Source of the DNA: Minisyncoccota bacterium
GTDB taxonomy: Bacteria; Patescibacteriota; Minisyncoccia; Phycocordibacterales; JABAAK01
Assembly (NCBI GenBank): GCA_965204115.1
Contig: OZ241963.1
Coordinates: 532,622 to 596,621 of the forward strand
DNA length: 64,000 nt
Direction of reading: 5' to 3'
Numbering within the stretch: position 1 is the first letter of the stretch; every line of letters starts with the position of its first letter. Position numbers and translations under genes: made by a program. The notes under the pieces were generated by a model. That model made no database searches. It was not told the origin of the DNA and saw only the letters and a program-made list of their open reading frames with translations. This document shows positions 20,866-30,209 of the stretch, one piece after another.

Positions 20866-21006
20866 AATAGTACCAGTATACTGTGAATGCTTAGGTTAAA
20901 CGAGACAGTATTTTGTGGCTTTTGTCAACAGGTTGTGTTTATAGGGTTTTTGGGCGATAATGGTGTTGTGTGGTCTTACAATTACACGATATAATCGCAA
21001 AAGGAG

Positions 21007-21474
21007 GTGAATGCAATGCGTATTTTCGCACTTTTTGTTATAGTTCTGTTTGTCGCCGGTTGTGGTGTTGATAACCCCATTCAGTCAGGTCCCACGGATG
21101 CCCCTTCGCGTATTTCCCTTGATTCTGACGGGTCTGATTCTGTAGCCGAACATCAGCTGATGCCAGCTCAGTTTGATAACCCTCTGTCGTCTTTTGATTT
21201 TGACACCATTGATGGCGGGTTGAATCTTGAGCCGGATGAGGTTTATGATCCTGAGGGCACCGGAGATTCTCCCACTCCTGAGGATACGGATGTGGATGAT
21301 GATGCTCTTGAGCCGGAGGTTATCGAGCCGGAGGGTGACGATGAACCTGAACCCGATTCTGACAATGAGCCTGATTCCGACGACGATCTCGAGCCGGAGG
21401 TTGTTGGCGGTGGTGATCCTGATAGCGGTGCAGGCGGTGATGTGGACGAGTTTGGTATTGAGGTCGTTGAATGA
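21007..21474 (+). CDS. Lipoprotein with an acidic low-complexity (D/E/P) region
   Basis: SD AAAGGAGGTG 6 nt upstream. Lipobox VAGCG. (E/D)PE(P/V)DSD repeats. Confidence 0.55.
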   Translation: MNAMRIFALFVIVLFVAGCGVDNPIQSGPTDAPSRISLDSDGSDSVAEHQLMPAQFDNPLSSFDFDTIDGGLNLEPDEVYDPEGTGDSPTPEDTDVDDDALEPEVIEPEGDDEPEPDSDNEPDSDDDLEPEVVGGGDPDSGAGGDVDEFGIEVVE

Positions 21475-21651
21475 GGAAAGGGGTGGCGCTTGAGGAGGCG
21501 AAAGGGACAGTCCGGTTACAATCACCGATCAAAGCGAGGCGATCGAGATTCCCGCAAACAAAAAAAAGCGCGGAAGAATCCTTCCTCTGCGCTGATTGTT
21601 CGCGATCGCCACGGAAATCGTTTTAGTCGTACTGTTTGAGTTACGACAAAA

Positions 21652-21691
21652 GCCAGTTGTATTATTGCAATACAGCTGGCTTCTTTTTATT
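21652..21691. terminator. Bidirectional intrinsic terminator
   Basis: 12-bp stem GCCAGTTGTATT/AATACAGCTGGC with one G.U, followed by TTCTTTTTATT. On the minus strand it directly follows the stop of the ORF at 21687..21911. Confidence 0.55.
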
Positions 21692-21911
21692 GATTCAACA
21701 CACGAATGGTTTGTGAGTTGCTGAATATATCTTCACTCGGCTTTTTGCCGCTACTGTGGGTGACCATCGAGCTGATGCTGATGAACAGCAAGGTGGTCAT
21801 CAGGAGGCCGATTGTTGTTGTCTGCAATGGCGTTAACCGTTGCTTGATCGCCGCTTCTTTTTTTGTATCGTTTATTTTTTTATTCATACACTGCTGCTTC
21901 TTTGTATACAT
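21687..21911 (-). CDS. Possible small membrane protein (74 aa, one TM)
   Basis: ORF divergent from uvrD, ending at a bidirectional terminator. Weak RBS. Composition is K/T-rich. Confidence 0.3.
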   Translation of the reverse strand: MYTKKQQCMNKKINDTKKEAAIKQRLTPLQTTTIGLLMTTLLFISISSMVTHSSGKKPSEDIFSNSQTIRVLNQ

Positions 21912-21988
21912 ACATAGTATATCGTCCTATATTTTTTTTGTAGTAGTAATCCACAATGGTATTATGGTGGTGTTTTATTCTCTTGTTT

Positions 21989-23863
21989 ATGCTTAATACA
22001 GAACAAAAAGAAGCAGTGCAGAAAAATGACTGTTCACTCCTGATTGTCGCGGGTGCCGGGACAGGGAAGACGCGTGTGTTGGTTGAGAAGGTCGCGCACT
22101 TGCTGCAACAGGGTGCCGCAGGTCATCGCATCCTTGCGCTTACCTTCACGAACAAGGCGGCGGATGAGATGCTTTCCCGAGTGCGGGAACGGCAGCCGTC
22201 CGTGTCTTTGCCGTTTGTCGGCACCTTCCATTCGTTTTGTGTTTCGCTGCTGCGTGAGTTTTATGCGGAGGCCTCCGTTTCGGAACGGTTTGTTATTTTT
22301 GATCGTGATGCTTGCCGTCGGATTTTGAAGCGGTGCATGAAGCAGGAAGGGGTCACTGATATAACGCCGAGGGTTATGCAGCAGGCAATCGGTCAGCTGA
22401 AGACCGGGCTCGGCTCTTCTGTGCAGGATGTCTCTGCTGTTGCTGCTGAGCGGGTGCTGCCGCTCTATACTCTCGCTTTGGAGCGGGAGCGTGCGCTTGA
22501 TTTTGATGATTTACTGCTGCGGGCGATCACGCTGCTACAGAAACAGCATACTGTTCGAGAGCAGGTGCAATCCCGCTATGCGTATATTTTAATTGATGAG
22601 TTTCAGGATACTGATGGTATACAAAACAGTTTGGTTTCTCTGCTGAAAGGGCCGCAAACCCGTCTCGTTGCTGTGGGAGATACCGATCAGACGATTTATT
22701 CGTGGCGCGGTGCCAGTATTCACACCATGCTCTCTTTTGCCGAGCAGTATGATCCGGTCGCCACTATTTTTCTTACCCAGAATTACCGATCAAGCGGTAC
22801 TATTCTCGCCGCTGCGAATGCGGTTATTGCTGAGAATGTGTTTCGTCAGGAGAAGGATTTGGTTGCAACGCGGGGTGATGGTGAGCGGATTACTCTGCTT
22901 TCGTCCGGTGACGGGGAGGATGAGGCGCTGACTATTGCGCGGACGATCACTGATTTACATACGCGCGGTACTCCGTATCAAGATATTGCTATTTTGTTTC
23001 GCGCTAATTTTCAGGCGCGGGCGCTTGAGTCACAGATGCTTGCGCAGCGGATACCGTATATGGTGCTTGGCACCCGGTTTTTTGAGCGGTCTGAGGTGAA
23101 AGATTTACTCGCCTACCTTGAGCTGGTGCAGAATCCGAATTCGCAGGAGGCGTTTGCCCGCGCTGCCGGTGTGCCGCGCCGCGGTATCGGCGCGCGGACA
23201 CTTGAGCGGGTTTTTTCCGGTGAAGAGCACCTGCTTTCCGCCGCCACCGCCTCACGGGTGGCGAATTTGCGTTCCTGTGTCAGGCATATTGCCGCACTTG
23301 CGGAGACACAGTCCGTAACGACCGTGCTGCAGGAGTTGTTGGTGGCGTTAGAGTATCAAAAGTATCTTGCCGCGACTTATGACAACCCGGATGAGCGGAT
23401 GCGGGAAGTTGGGGAACTGGTTTCTTTTGCTGATCGTTTCTCCCATCTTTCCGGCGCTGACGGCATTGCGCAGATGCTTGCTGAGGTCGCGCTGAGCAGT
23501 GAGCAGGACTCTCTGCGCGCGAATACGCGGGACCGTGTTCGGCTTATGACGGTACACGCGGCAAAGGGTTTGGAGTTTCCGTGTGTGTTTATTGCCGGTA
23601 TGGAGGAAGGGCTGTTTCCGTTTTTTCATGATGAGGATGGTGTGCGTGATGGTGAGGAGGAGCGACGGTTGTGCTATGTCGCGATGACTCGGGCGAAAGA
23701 TCGGCTGTATTGCTCGTATGCGGAGCGGCGCAATATTTTCGGCTCCTGGCGCAGTATGCGTCCATCTTCGTTTTTATCCGCTATTCCGGAGCACCTTGTG
23801 ACGGCGGTTGGCAGAATGACTGCCGCAGATGATGAGGCATCGGAAGAATCCATTGCGTGGTAG
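21989..23863 (+). CDS. uvrD: UvrD/PcrA/Rep-family SF1 DNA helicase
   Basis: MLNTEQKEAVQ...AGAGTGKT Walker A. DEFQDT, QNYRS and VHAAKGLEF motifs. Confidence 0.9.
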   Translation: MLNTEQKEAVQKNDCSLLIVAGAGTGKTRVLVEKVAHLLQQGAAGHRILALTFTNKAADEMLSRVRERQPSVSLPFVGTFHSFCVSLLREFYAEASVSERFVIFDRDACRRILKRCMKQEGVTDITPRVMQQAIGQLKTGLGSSVQDVSAVAAERVLPLYTLALERERALDFDDLLLRAITLLQKQHTVREQVQSRYAYILIDEFQDTDGIQNSLVSLLKGPQTRLVAVGDTDQTIYSWRGASIHTMLSFAEQYDPVATIFLTQNYRSSGTILAAANAVIAENVFRQEKDLVATRGDGERITLLSSGDGEDEALTIARTITDLHTRGTPYQDIAILFRANFQARALESQMLAQRIPYMVLGTRFFERSEVKDLLAYLELVQNPNSQEAFARAAGVPRRGIGARTLERVFSGEEHLLSAATASRVANLRSCVRHIAALAETQSVTTVLQELLVALEYQKYLAATYDNPDERMREVGELVSFADRFSHLSGADGIAQMLAEVALSSEQDSLRANTRDRVRLMTVHAAKGLEFPCVFIAGMEEGLFPFFHDEDGVRDGEEERRLCYVAMTRAKDRLYCSYAERRNIFGSWRSMRPSSFLSAIPEHLVTAVGRMTAADDEASEESIAW

Positions 23864-23897
23864 TGAAACCCGGTGTCTGTGTTATAGTAAGTATGTT

Positions 23898-26800
23898 ATG
23901 TTGGTTTGTCGGCACTTTCTTTCTATCTCGCTGGTGTTTCTGTTAGGGGTGTTTATTTTTGGGTCGGTGGTGGCTCAGACACCGGAGCGACCCTCCTGGG
24001 ATTCATCTTACTCAGTGTATGCGGGTGTTGGCATCGGGTATCGGTCAGGCGTGCGATTTTTTCGGGATGTCTCTGCTGATTTGCGGAGTGGAGATCCTGC
24101 GCCGTCATTTTCTGTGAAAGCGGGAACCTTCCTCCCCGTGGGGCTGCAGCTCACCAGCGCCGGTCATCTTGTCGGTACTCCCACTGGCGTGGGGGAGTCA
24201 CGCTTCACCGTCGTGGCACAGAATACCGCCGGTGTCGCTGAGAAACAGATTATCCTCCGCCTCCGTGAGTCCTTCAGTGGTAGCTATGTTCAAGGAGGCG
24301 CCCATTCTGACATCCTTGATGTCCAGGTATTCCTCAATAGCACTGATTGTCCTGTTGCTGAGACCGGCCCCGGTTCCCCCGGACAGGAGACCTCCTACTT
24401 CGGCACTAAGACCCGACAGGCGCTTGCTTGCTACCAGCGACTCCATTCTCTTCCTGTCGTTAGCGTACTCACCCCGGCTTTGTTCCGACACTTCATCCAA
24501 ACCCACACCAATCGTCTCATTTCCGGAGTCCCCACCTTGTTGCCCGGTCTGGATGTGCAGGGGAGGGAGCACCCCTTTGGCTCCACCCACCCCGACATCC
24601 GTCAGGCGCAGGTATACCTCAACGGCACCCCGTGTCCTGTTGCTGAGACCGGCCCCGGTTCCCCCGGACAGGAGACCTCCTACTTCGGCACCAAGACCCA
24701 GCAGGCACTCAACTGCTACCAGCGGCTGCACAACCTTCCTGTTACGAACACTATCACCTCAGCACTTCTTGCCCGCCTTGCCGATATTTCACCATCGGGG
24801 GAGCGTGGTGTCTGCGACCTGACCATCTCACAAGGATGTGCGGTCGGCACCCCTGTTCAGCACGAGTCCTCCTACATCTCCCGAGGAGAACGCTGGCGCT
24901 GCCGCGGTGTCAACCAGGGATACAGCTCCGACTGGTGCGTTCGCTGTGACGATGGCTACTCCTTTGACGGAAGAAACTGCACCCGTAGCACCGTACAAGA
25001 GCCCTCTGCTCTCCGCTGCTCCGGCACCACCGTCTCCTTCTGTCGTCTCCCTCGATCCGCGCACGGCAACACCGTTACCGGCGCCTGCTCTGTCGGACGA
25101 ACCGGCGCCTGTCGATACACCTGCAGTAACGGCACTTGGCAGCTTGTTTCAAATACTTGTTCTCAGTTGAACATTCAAGGACACCTCCCCGGCTCCACCC
25201 ACCCCGACATCCGTCAGGCGCAGGTATACCTCAACGGCACCCCGTGTCCTGTTGCTGAGACCGGCCCCGGTTCCCCCGGACAGGAGACCTCCTACTTCGG
25301 CACCAAGACCCAGCAGGCACTCAACTGCTACCAGCGGCTGCACAACCTTCCTGTTACGAACACTATCACCTCAGCACTTCTTGCCCGCCTTTCAGAACAC
25401 TACACCCCTCCCGTCTGGAACACGCCGCAGGACATCCCTCCACCCCAACAGCAATCCGGTCCGCCTCCTGCCCCTCAGGTTGTTGTGCCCCAGAACGGTG
25501 TCTGTGACCTCACTGTTTCGCAGGGCTGCACCGTTGGCACTCCTATTTACCACGAACCCTCCTATCCCCGAGGAGAACGCTGGCGCTGCCGCGGTGTCAA
25601 CCAGGGATACAGCTCCGACTGGTGCGTTCGCTGTGACGATGGCTACTCCTTTGACGGAAGAAACTGCACCCGTAGCACCGTACAAGAGCCCTCTGCTCTC
25701 CGCTGCTCCGGCACCACCGTCTCCTTCTGTCGTCTCCCTCGATCCGCGCACGGCAACACCGTTACCGGCGCCTGCTCTGTCGGACGAACCGGCGCCTGTC
25801 GATACACCTGCAGTAACGGCACTTGGCAGCTTGTTTCAAATACTTGTTCTTTTGCACAGCCGGGTAATCCCGGTAATGCAGGTTTGCCCGATGGTGAATT
25901 GGCTCAACTGCGAGCGGAACAACCACAGCAGCAGGTTGGACAATCGTCGCAGTATGGTAATCACTTTGGGTATGCTGTAGATGTCGGTGGTAATGTGTCG
26001 CTGCGTCCGTGCAAGATGAAACGATGCTGTGATCCGTTCTGTGAAAGAGATTCCGGTTGCAAGGAGTGTGCTGTGTGTGAGCGGTCGTGGTGTCCTGCAG
26101 ATTCCGGTTGCAGCGGGACCTGTTCCGAAGGTTCCGGTTGTAGGTGGTGTGTTGAATGTGATGAATTGTGTACAGAGTGTGATTGGGTTAAATTGCGGTG
26201 TCGGAAGCGAGTTCAAACGGCGATGGTGGGGGCGCATAATGCGGGGGCCGGTTCGGTGTATTTTTATGTTCGGCATGAAGACCAATCGGGGCAGATACAG
26301 TGGCGGCTGCAGCAGAGAGTTGCTGCGAGTGACGGGCAGGCAGGTGATGCGTTCGGCTATTCTGTTGCCTTGGATGAAGATGTGGCGATTGTGGGGGCGC
26401 CGAGGGATGATACCAATACCGGTTCTGCCTATATCTTTATGCGGAGTGATGGTCCGCTGTGGGTTCAGAAGGCAAAGTTGACCGCGAGCGATCGTGAGAC
26501 ATCTGATTACTTTGGATCTTCTGTTGCGATAGATGGAGCGACTGCTGTTGTTGGTGCGTATGGCGAGGATCCCGGCGGTACTCAGAATGCCGGAGCGATA
26601 TATGTCTTTGTTCGATCCGGAGATAGGTGGAATTTTCAGGCAAAATTAATAGCGGAAGATGAGGGGTGGGCTGATAAGTTTGGCTATTCAGTTGCTGTTA
26701 CCGGTAATACCATTAGTGTTGGGGCATACCATGATGATCCCGGGTATAAGCCCCGCGCCGGTTCTATGTATACTTTTATTAGGTCCGGGGGTAGGTGGGT

Positions 26801-27773
26801 ACAGCAGCGGAAAGTGATTGCAGATGATCGTCAGCCGGATGATCAGTTTGGAAGTGCCGTTTCGATTATTGGGGAGAATTGTAGTGGTGGGAAGTGTTGC
26901 ATTCCGGTTGACGGTCGGTGGAGTACCGTGCCGATGCCGGATGAATTGCCGTGTGGCAAGATAGTGAAGGCGACCTGCACTAACCCCGCGCCTTCCTGCG
27001 GAGGCAGTCCATGTGTTGGTCCGCCGCCTAAGTCGTATGGGACGAAGTGTGATAGCGGGAGAGAGTGTGATATTGTTACCAATCAATGTAAGCAAGATGT
27101 GTGTTGTGGTCCTAATTGCATACTCGGTATTACTCACTGCGTTGTCATTCGTGGGGTGCGTTACTGTCCGCGATGCGTCTTCCGACCGGAGGAGTGGATA
27201 TCGCCGCAGTGTCAAGGTGCCTCTGAAATCCGCTGTGGCGCGAAGATACCGAATACTGACGGTATTTGTGTTATGGGTCAGACATGCGACTGCAAAGGTA
27301 TTTATTGCCGCTCTGAACGACCGGTTCGCAAATGTTCCGGTGTCGGCACCAACTGTCCGAGTGGCAGCAGGACAGTTGTCAGCGGGGTGCGTAATGATGG
27401 GTTTACCGGATCGGTATATATTGTGAGCAATGGCAAACAAAAGAGAGTTGTCGTGGGTGATGGAGGTCCTCAGGATCGTTTCGGTTCCGCTGTTGCTATC
27501 AGTGAATACGACTTGGTTGTCGGTGCGCGTGATGAGGATGTTGGTGGTATCGTCGATGCTGGTGCTGTATATGTGTTCGGCACGAGCGGAGGGCAGCGCC
27601 TTAAACTGAGTGCTCAGGATAAGCAGCAATATGATTACCTTGGTCAAGCTGCCTCAGTATATGACACTTTGATGATTGTTGGTGCGTATGGTAGGGATTC
27701 CTATGGAGGGGCGGCTTATATATTCACCTATCTTGATGGTTTGTGGGAGCAGGAGGTTCAGCTAAAAGAGTGA
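23898..27773 (+). CDS. Giant secreted cell-wall-binding/adhesin-like protein (about 1292 aa). Signal peptide, putative Ig domain, three peptidoglycan-binding-like modules, Cys-rich modules and FG-GAP-like beta-propeller repeats
   Basis: Start moved to the internal ATG (MLVCRHFLSISLVFLLGVFIFGSVVAQTP) to avoid a 35-nt overlap with uvrD. PG-binding-like module YLNGTPCPVAETGPGSPGQETSYFGTKTQQALNCYQRLHNLPV occurs three times. FG-GAP-like repeats DxFGxSVAxxGxxxxVGAxxDD...GAxYVF occur about six times. Confidence 0.8.
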   Translation: MLVCRHFLSISLVFLLGVFIFGSVVAQTPERPSWDSSYSVYAGVGIGYRSGVRFFRDVSADLRSGDPAPSFSVKAGTFLPVGLQLTSAGHLVGTPTGVGESRFTVVAQNTAGVAEKQIILRLRESFSGSYVQGGAHSDILDVQVFLNSTDCPVAETGPGSPGQETSYFGTKTRQALACYQRLHSLPVVSVLTPALFRHFIQTHTNRLISGVPTLLPGLDVQGREHPFGSTHPDIRQAQVYLNGTPCPVAETGPGSPGQETSYFGTKTQQALNCYQRLHNLPVTNTITSALLARLADISPSGERGVCDLTISQGCAVGTPVQHESSYISRGERWRCRGVNQGYSSDWCVRCDDGYSFDGRNCTRSTVQEPSALRCSGTTVSFCRLPRSAHGNTVTGACSVGRTGACRYTCSNGTWQLVSNTCSQLNIQGHLPGSTHPDIRQAQVYLNGTPCPVAETGPGSPGQETSYFGTKTQQALNCYQRLHNLPVTNTITSALLARLSEHYTPPVWNTPQDIPPPQQQSGPPPAPQVVVPQNGVCDLTVSQGCTVGTPIYHEPSYPRGERWRCRGVNQGYSSDWCVRCDDGYSFDGRNCTRSTVQEPSALRCSGTTVSFCRLPRSAHGNTVTGACSVGRTGACRYTCSNGTWQLVSNTCSFAQPGNPGNAGLPDGELAQLRAEQPQQQVGQSSQYGNHFGYAVDVGGNVSLRPCKMKRCCDPFCERDSGCKECAVCERSWCPADSGCSGTCSEGSGCRWCVECDELCTECDWVKLRCRKRVQTAMVGAHNAGAGSVYFYVRHEDQSGQIQWRLQQRVAASDGQAGDAFGYSVALDEDVAIVGAPRDDTNTGSAYIFMRSDGPLWVQKAKLTASDRETSDYFGSSVAIDGATAVVGAYGEDPGGTQNAGAIYVFVRSGDRWNFQAKLIAEDEGWADKFGYSVAVTGNTISVGAYHDDPGYKPRAGSMYTFIRSGGRWVQQRKVIADDRQPDDQFGSAVSIIGENCSGGKCCIPVDGRWSTVPMPDELPCGKIVKATCTNPAPSCGGSPCVGPPPKSYGTKCDSGRECDIVTNQCKQDVCCGPNCILGITHCVVIRGVRYCPRCVFRPEEWISPQCQGASEIRCGAKIPNTDGICVMGQTCDCKGIYCRSERPVRKCSGVGTNCPSGSRTVVSGVRNDGFTGSVYIVSNGKQKRVVVGDGGPQDRFGSAVAISEYDLVVGARDEDVGGIVDAGAVYVFGTSGGQRLKLSAQDKQQYDYLGQAASVYDTLMIVGAYGRDSYGGAAYIFTYLDGLWEQEVQLKE
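24579..24779 (+). repeat. Intragenic direct repeat B1, copy 1 (201 bp, 100% identical to 25191..25391)
   Basis: Exact match read directly from the sequence; encodes the PG-binding-like module. Confidence 0.85.
24880..25163 (+). repeat. Intragenic direct repeat B2, copy 1 (284 bp, 100% identical to 25567..25850)
   Basis: Exact match; encodes the Cys-rich module (CRGVNQGYSSDWCVRCDDGYSFDGRNCT...). Confidence 0.85.
25191..25391 (+). repeat. Intragenic direct repeat B1, copy 2
   Basis: Identical to 24579..24779 at an offset of 612 bp. Confidence 0.85.
25567..25850 (+). repeat. Intragenic direct repeat B2, copy 2
   Basis: Identical to 24880..25163 at an offset of 687 bp; the linkers between B1 and B2 differ (100 nt versus 175 nt). 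Confidence 0.85.
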
Positions 27774-27774
27774 A

Positions 27775-27793
27775 GCTCAGGTATCCACCGAAC
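27775..27793 (-). repeat. 19-bp exact inverted repeat copy A (GCTCAGGTATCCACCGAAC on plus; reverse complement identical to 48428..48446)
   Basis: Seen directly, immediately after the TGA of the giant gene. Confidence 0.8.
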
Positions 27794-28155
27794 ATCCTTA
27801 CTCACCCGCTTCCACACGCCACACCCCGTCACCCTGCGTTTCCTTATAGTTCACTTTGCACGGTGTTTGTCTAACAGCATAGCAAACTCGCTTCGCTCAG
27901 ACAGTGCTATTCGCTGTAGAAGCCAAACACCGCACAAAGCAAACGGAAACGCAAAAAGGTGCCGGTGTGTGGGTGTGTCCGCTCTCCGCTCATTGGTATG
28001 TTCGGTGTGTACCGTTCGCAGGAGGTAAAGGCGAAACTTTATCGTTATCTTGCTTTGCAGACCACCTATCGCCGTTAACGGTGTCGTGCTTTGTTGGCCG
28101 CACCCTCCGTCGGCGCTTGTTGGAAGGGTATGTGTTTATTTGTTAAAATGGAGGT

Positions 28156-28920
28156 ATGAGAAGGAAGCTCGGGCAGTATTTTTTGCGGTCGCGGAGGGTG
28201 TTGGATGCGGTTGTTGGTGCGATTGCTATTCCGTCGGAGACGGTTGTGGTTGAGGTCGGTCCGGGGAAGGGGGCGTTGACGGAACGGATTCTCACGCGGC
28301 ATACCGCTGTAGTTGCGGTTGAAAAGGACTCTGATCTTGTGATGGTGTTGCAGGAGCGATTTGCCGGGGCTGTCGCCGCAGGTCGGCTGATGCTTGTGGA
28401 AGGTGATGTGCGGGATGGTGCGTGGTCGGGTGCAGTGGCAGGTCAGTCGTATGCGGTTATCGCGAATATCCCGTATTATCTTACCGGGTCGCTTATTCGG
28501 GAGATGTTGACCAGAAGTCACCCGCCGGTTGCGATGTCTCTGGTGGTGCAGAAAGAGGTCGCGGAACGGATAGTGAGGCGAGGCAGTGTGAAAGAATCCT
28601 TGTTGTCGCTTTCGGTTCAGTTGTTTGGCACTGCGCGCTATGTGCAAACAGTACCACAGAGGGCATTTTCTCCGCAGCCGCGGGTTGATTCGGCGATTAT
28701 TGCTATTACCGACATACAAAAGCCGTCGTGGCAGGTGCAGGATGTTTTTTTTCGAGTATTGAAAACTGCTTTTCACGGGAAACGGAAGACCGTTTTGAAA
28801 AAATTTGCCGATATGCCGAATGTGCAGACCATCCTGGTCCAAAATAAGGTTTCCCCAACTGCTCGGGCGGAGGATGTGCCATTTACTGTTTGGCTTGCGG
28901 TGGCGCGGTCGCTTTCTTGA
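28156..28920 (+). CDS. rsmA: 16S rRNA (adenine1518/1519-N6) dimethyltransferase
   Basis: LGQYFL N-terminus and VEVGPGKGALTE SAM-binding motif. SD GGAGGT upstream. Confidence 0.92.
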   Translation: MRRKLGQYFLRSRRVLDAVVGAIAIPSETVVVEVGPGKGALTERILTRHTAVVAVEKDSDLVMVLQERFAGAVAAGRLMLVEGDVRDGAWSGAVAGQSYAVIANIPYYLTGSLIREMLTRSHPPVAMSLVVQKEVAERIVRRGSVKESLLSLSVQLFGTARYVQTVPQRAFSPQPRVDSAIIAITDIQKPSWQVQDVFFRVLKTAFHGKRKTVLKKFADMPNVQTILVQNKVSPTARAEDVPFTVWLAVARSLS

Positions 28921-28927
28921 TGCGCGA

Positions 28928-29293
28928 TTAGAATCCGAGGGCGGTGCCGTATAGAATGCTCAGCCTGCCGGTGAGGAGTGCTGGCGGGACGGTTGGGACG
29001 GTGCAATCAATTATCGTGCCGATCAATCCGAGTGTGGTTACACCGACTGATGGCGACAGGTAATTTTCTCGTATTGTCCAGCTTGGGTAGAGGTAGATGA
29101 TCGGTGTCGCACTATTTGCTTTTAGTGTCCAGAAGCCGGGACCCATTGATGAGACACATGGTATTGAAAATACTATTAATCCGCCTTCCGGACTGGTGAA
29201 AAAGGCACTTGCCACCGGGACGGTGATACTGCTGATTCCCACCATGAGTGGTATGAGTACTCTTGCGACTTTTATCGCCAGTTTTTGCTTCAT
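28928..29293 (-). CDS. Possible small hydrophobic membrane protein (about 122 aa), convergent with rsmA
   Basis: Distal part of minus-strand ORF 28928..29611, trimmed to the MKQKL start. Function unknown. Competes with plus-strand ORF 29097..30179 in part of the range. Confidence 0.3.
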   Translation of the reverse strand: MKQKLAIKVARVLIPLMVGISSITVPVASAFFTSPEGGLIVFSIPCVSSMGPGFWTLKANSATPIIYLYPSWTIRENYLSPSVGVTTLGLIGTIIDCTVPTVPPALLTGRLSILYGTALGF

Positions 29294-29315
29294 AACTGTC
29301 AGATATGATACCATG

Positions 29316-30179
29316 TATACAGTGAGGCGAGTTTTTTTAATTATCATTGCGGTGTTTTTTGTGGTATTGCTTGCACTTTCTTTGTTTTTACTGTTTCGCT
29401 CTGATGACGATGAGGCGGTCCTTTTCCTTGAGACCCATACCGTATTATCCGGCGAGGCAGACAGCGACGGTGATGGTGTTCCGAATTGGCTTGAAGAGAT
29501 TACCAACTCTGATGCGCTGAATGCGGAATCTTTTCCGTACAATAAAGATGTTGTGCGAGCGCGGAAGAACACTGCTGATGCGCTGCTGTATGCAGGTCCG
29601 GGCGATTTCACCGAGGAGATTATTCAGCGGTTTCTTTTTGATGTGAGCGGGTCTGCTTCTGTTACGTCGGAGGAGCGGACTCGGTTTGTTGACGAGTCGT
29701 CCGCTTATTTCCTGCAGATTGTTGAAGAGAAGGGCTTGCCTGATGTTGTTTTGTCTGTTGATGACACGGTTTCTCGGCAGGCAGTTTTGCACAGTTTTGC
29801 TTCAGCGATGCGGCGGTTTTCCGGTGCGAAGAAGCCCATTGATGTTTTGGTTTTTGATGTTTTTTCAAAAAACGCTTCAGTAACAGAGGATGCTCGTCAG
29901 GCGCGTCTGTCCTGTGATTACACCCTGCAAATCTTACCTCGGAAGGTTCCGCAGGATGTGTACACGCCGTATTACCTTGTGCTTGAGCGGGTTACCTATC
30001 TGTGTGAGGCACTGACGGTCGCACTTACTTCTATTACCGCTGAAAATTTCTTTTATGCCCTGCGATTGGTGGGGGTAGGGAAGCTGTTTGAGCGGGCTGA
30101 TGAGGGCGCTGATGATTCTACTAATCAGTTTGTTCTTGCGGTTGAGCAGGTTGTTCAATTATTAGAGCAATCGCCGTAA
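29316..30179 (+). CDS. Membrane-anchored protein with a thrombospondin-type-3-like Ca-binding motif (DSDGDGVPN)
   Basis: N-terminal TM at the ATG (MYTVRRVFLIIIAVFFVVLLALSLFLLF). Start chosen at the internal ATG of ORF 29097..30179. Confidence 0.5.
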   Translation, partial: YTVRRVFLIIIAVFFVVLLALSLFLLFRSDDDEAVLFLETHTVLSGEADSDGDGVPNWLEEITNSDALNAESFPYNKDVVRARKNTADALLYAGPGDFTEEIIQRFLFDVSGSASVTSEERTRFVDESSAYFLQIVEEKGLPDVVLSVDDTVSRQAVLHSFASAMRRFSGAKKPIDVLVFDVFSKNASVTEDARQARLSCDYTLQILPRKVPQDVYTPYYLVLERVTYLCEALTVALTSITAENFFYALRLVGVGKLFERADEGADDSTNQFVLAVEQVVQLLEQSP

Positions 30180-30209
30180 AAATAGTAAAATCTTGGTTAT
30201 ACTAAAGGT

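Noticed and set aside
23829-23897. ORF-track start of the giant adhesin at 23829, overlapping uvrD by 35 nt
   Set aside because: The internal ATG at 23898 begins a canonical signal peptide.
29097-29315. Extended N-terminus of plus-strand ORF 29097..30179
   Set aside because: Competes with a hydrophobic minus-strand ORF. The internal ATG at 29316 starts directly at a TM helix. The true strand remains uncertain, and both are reported at low confidence.
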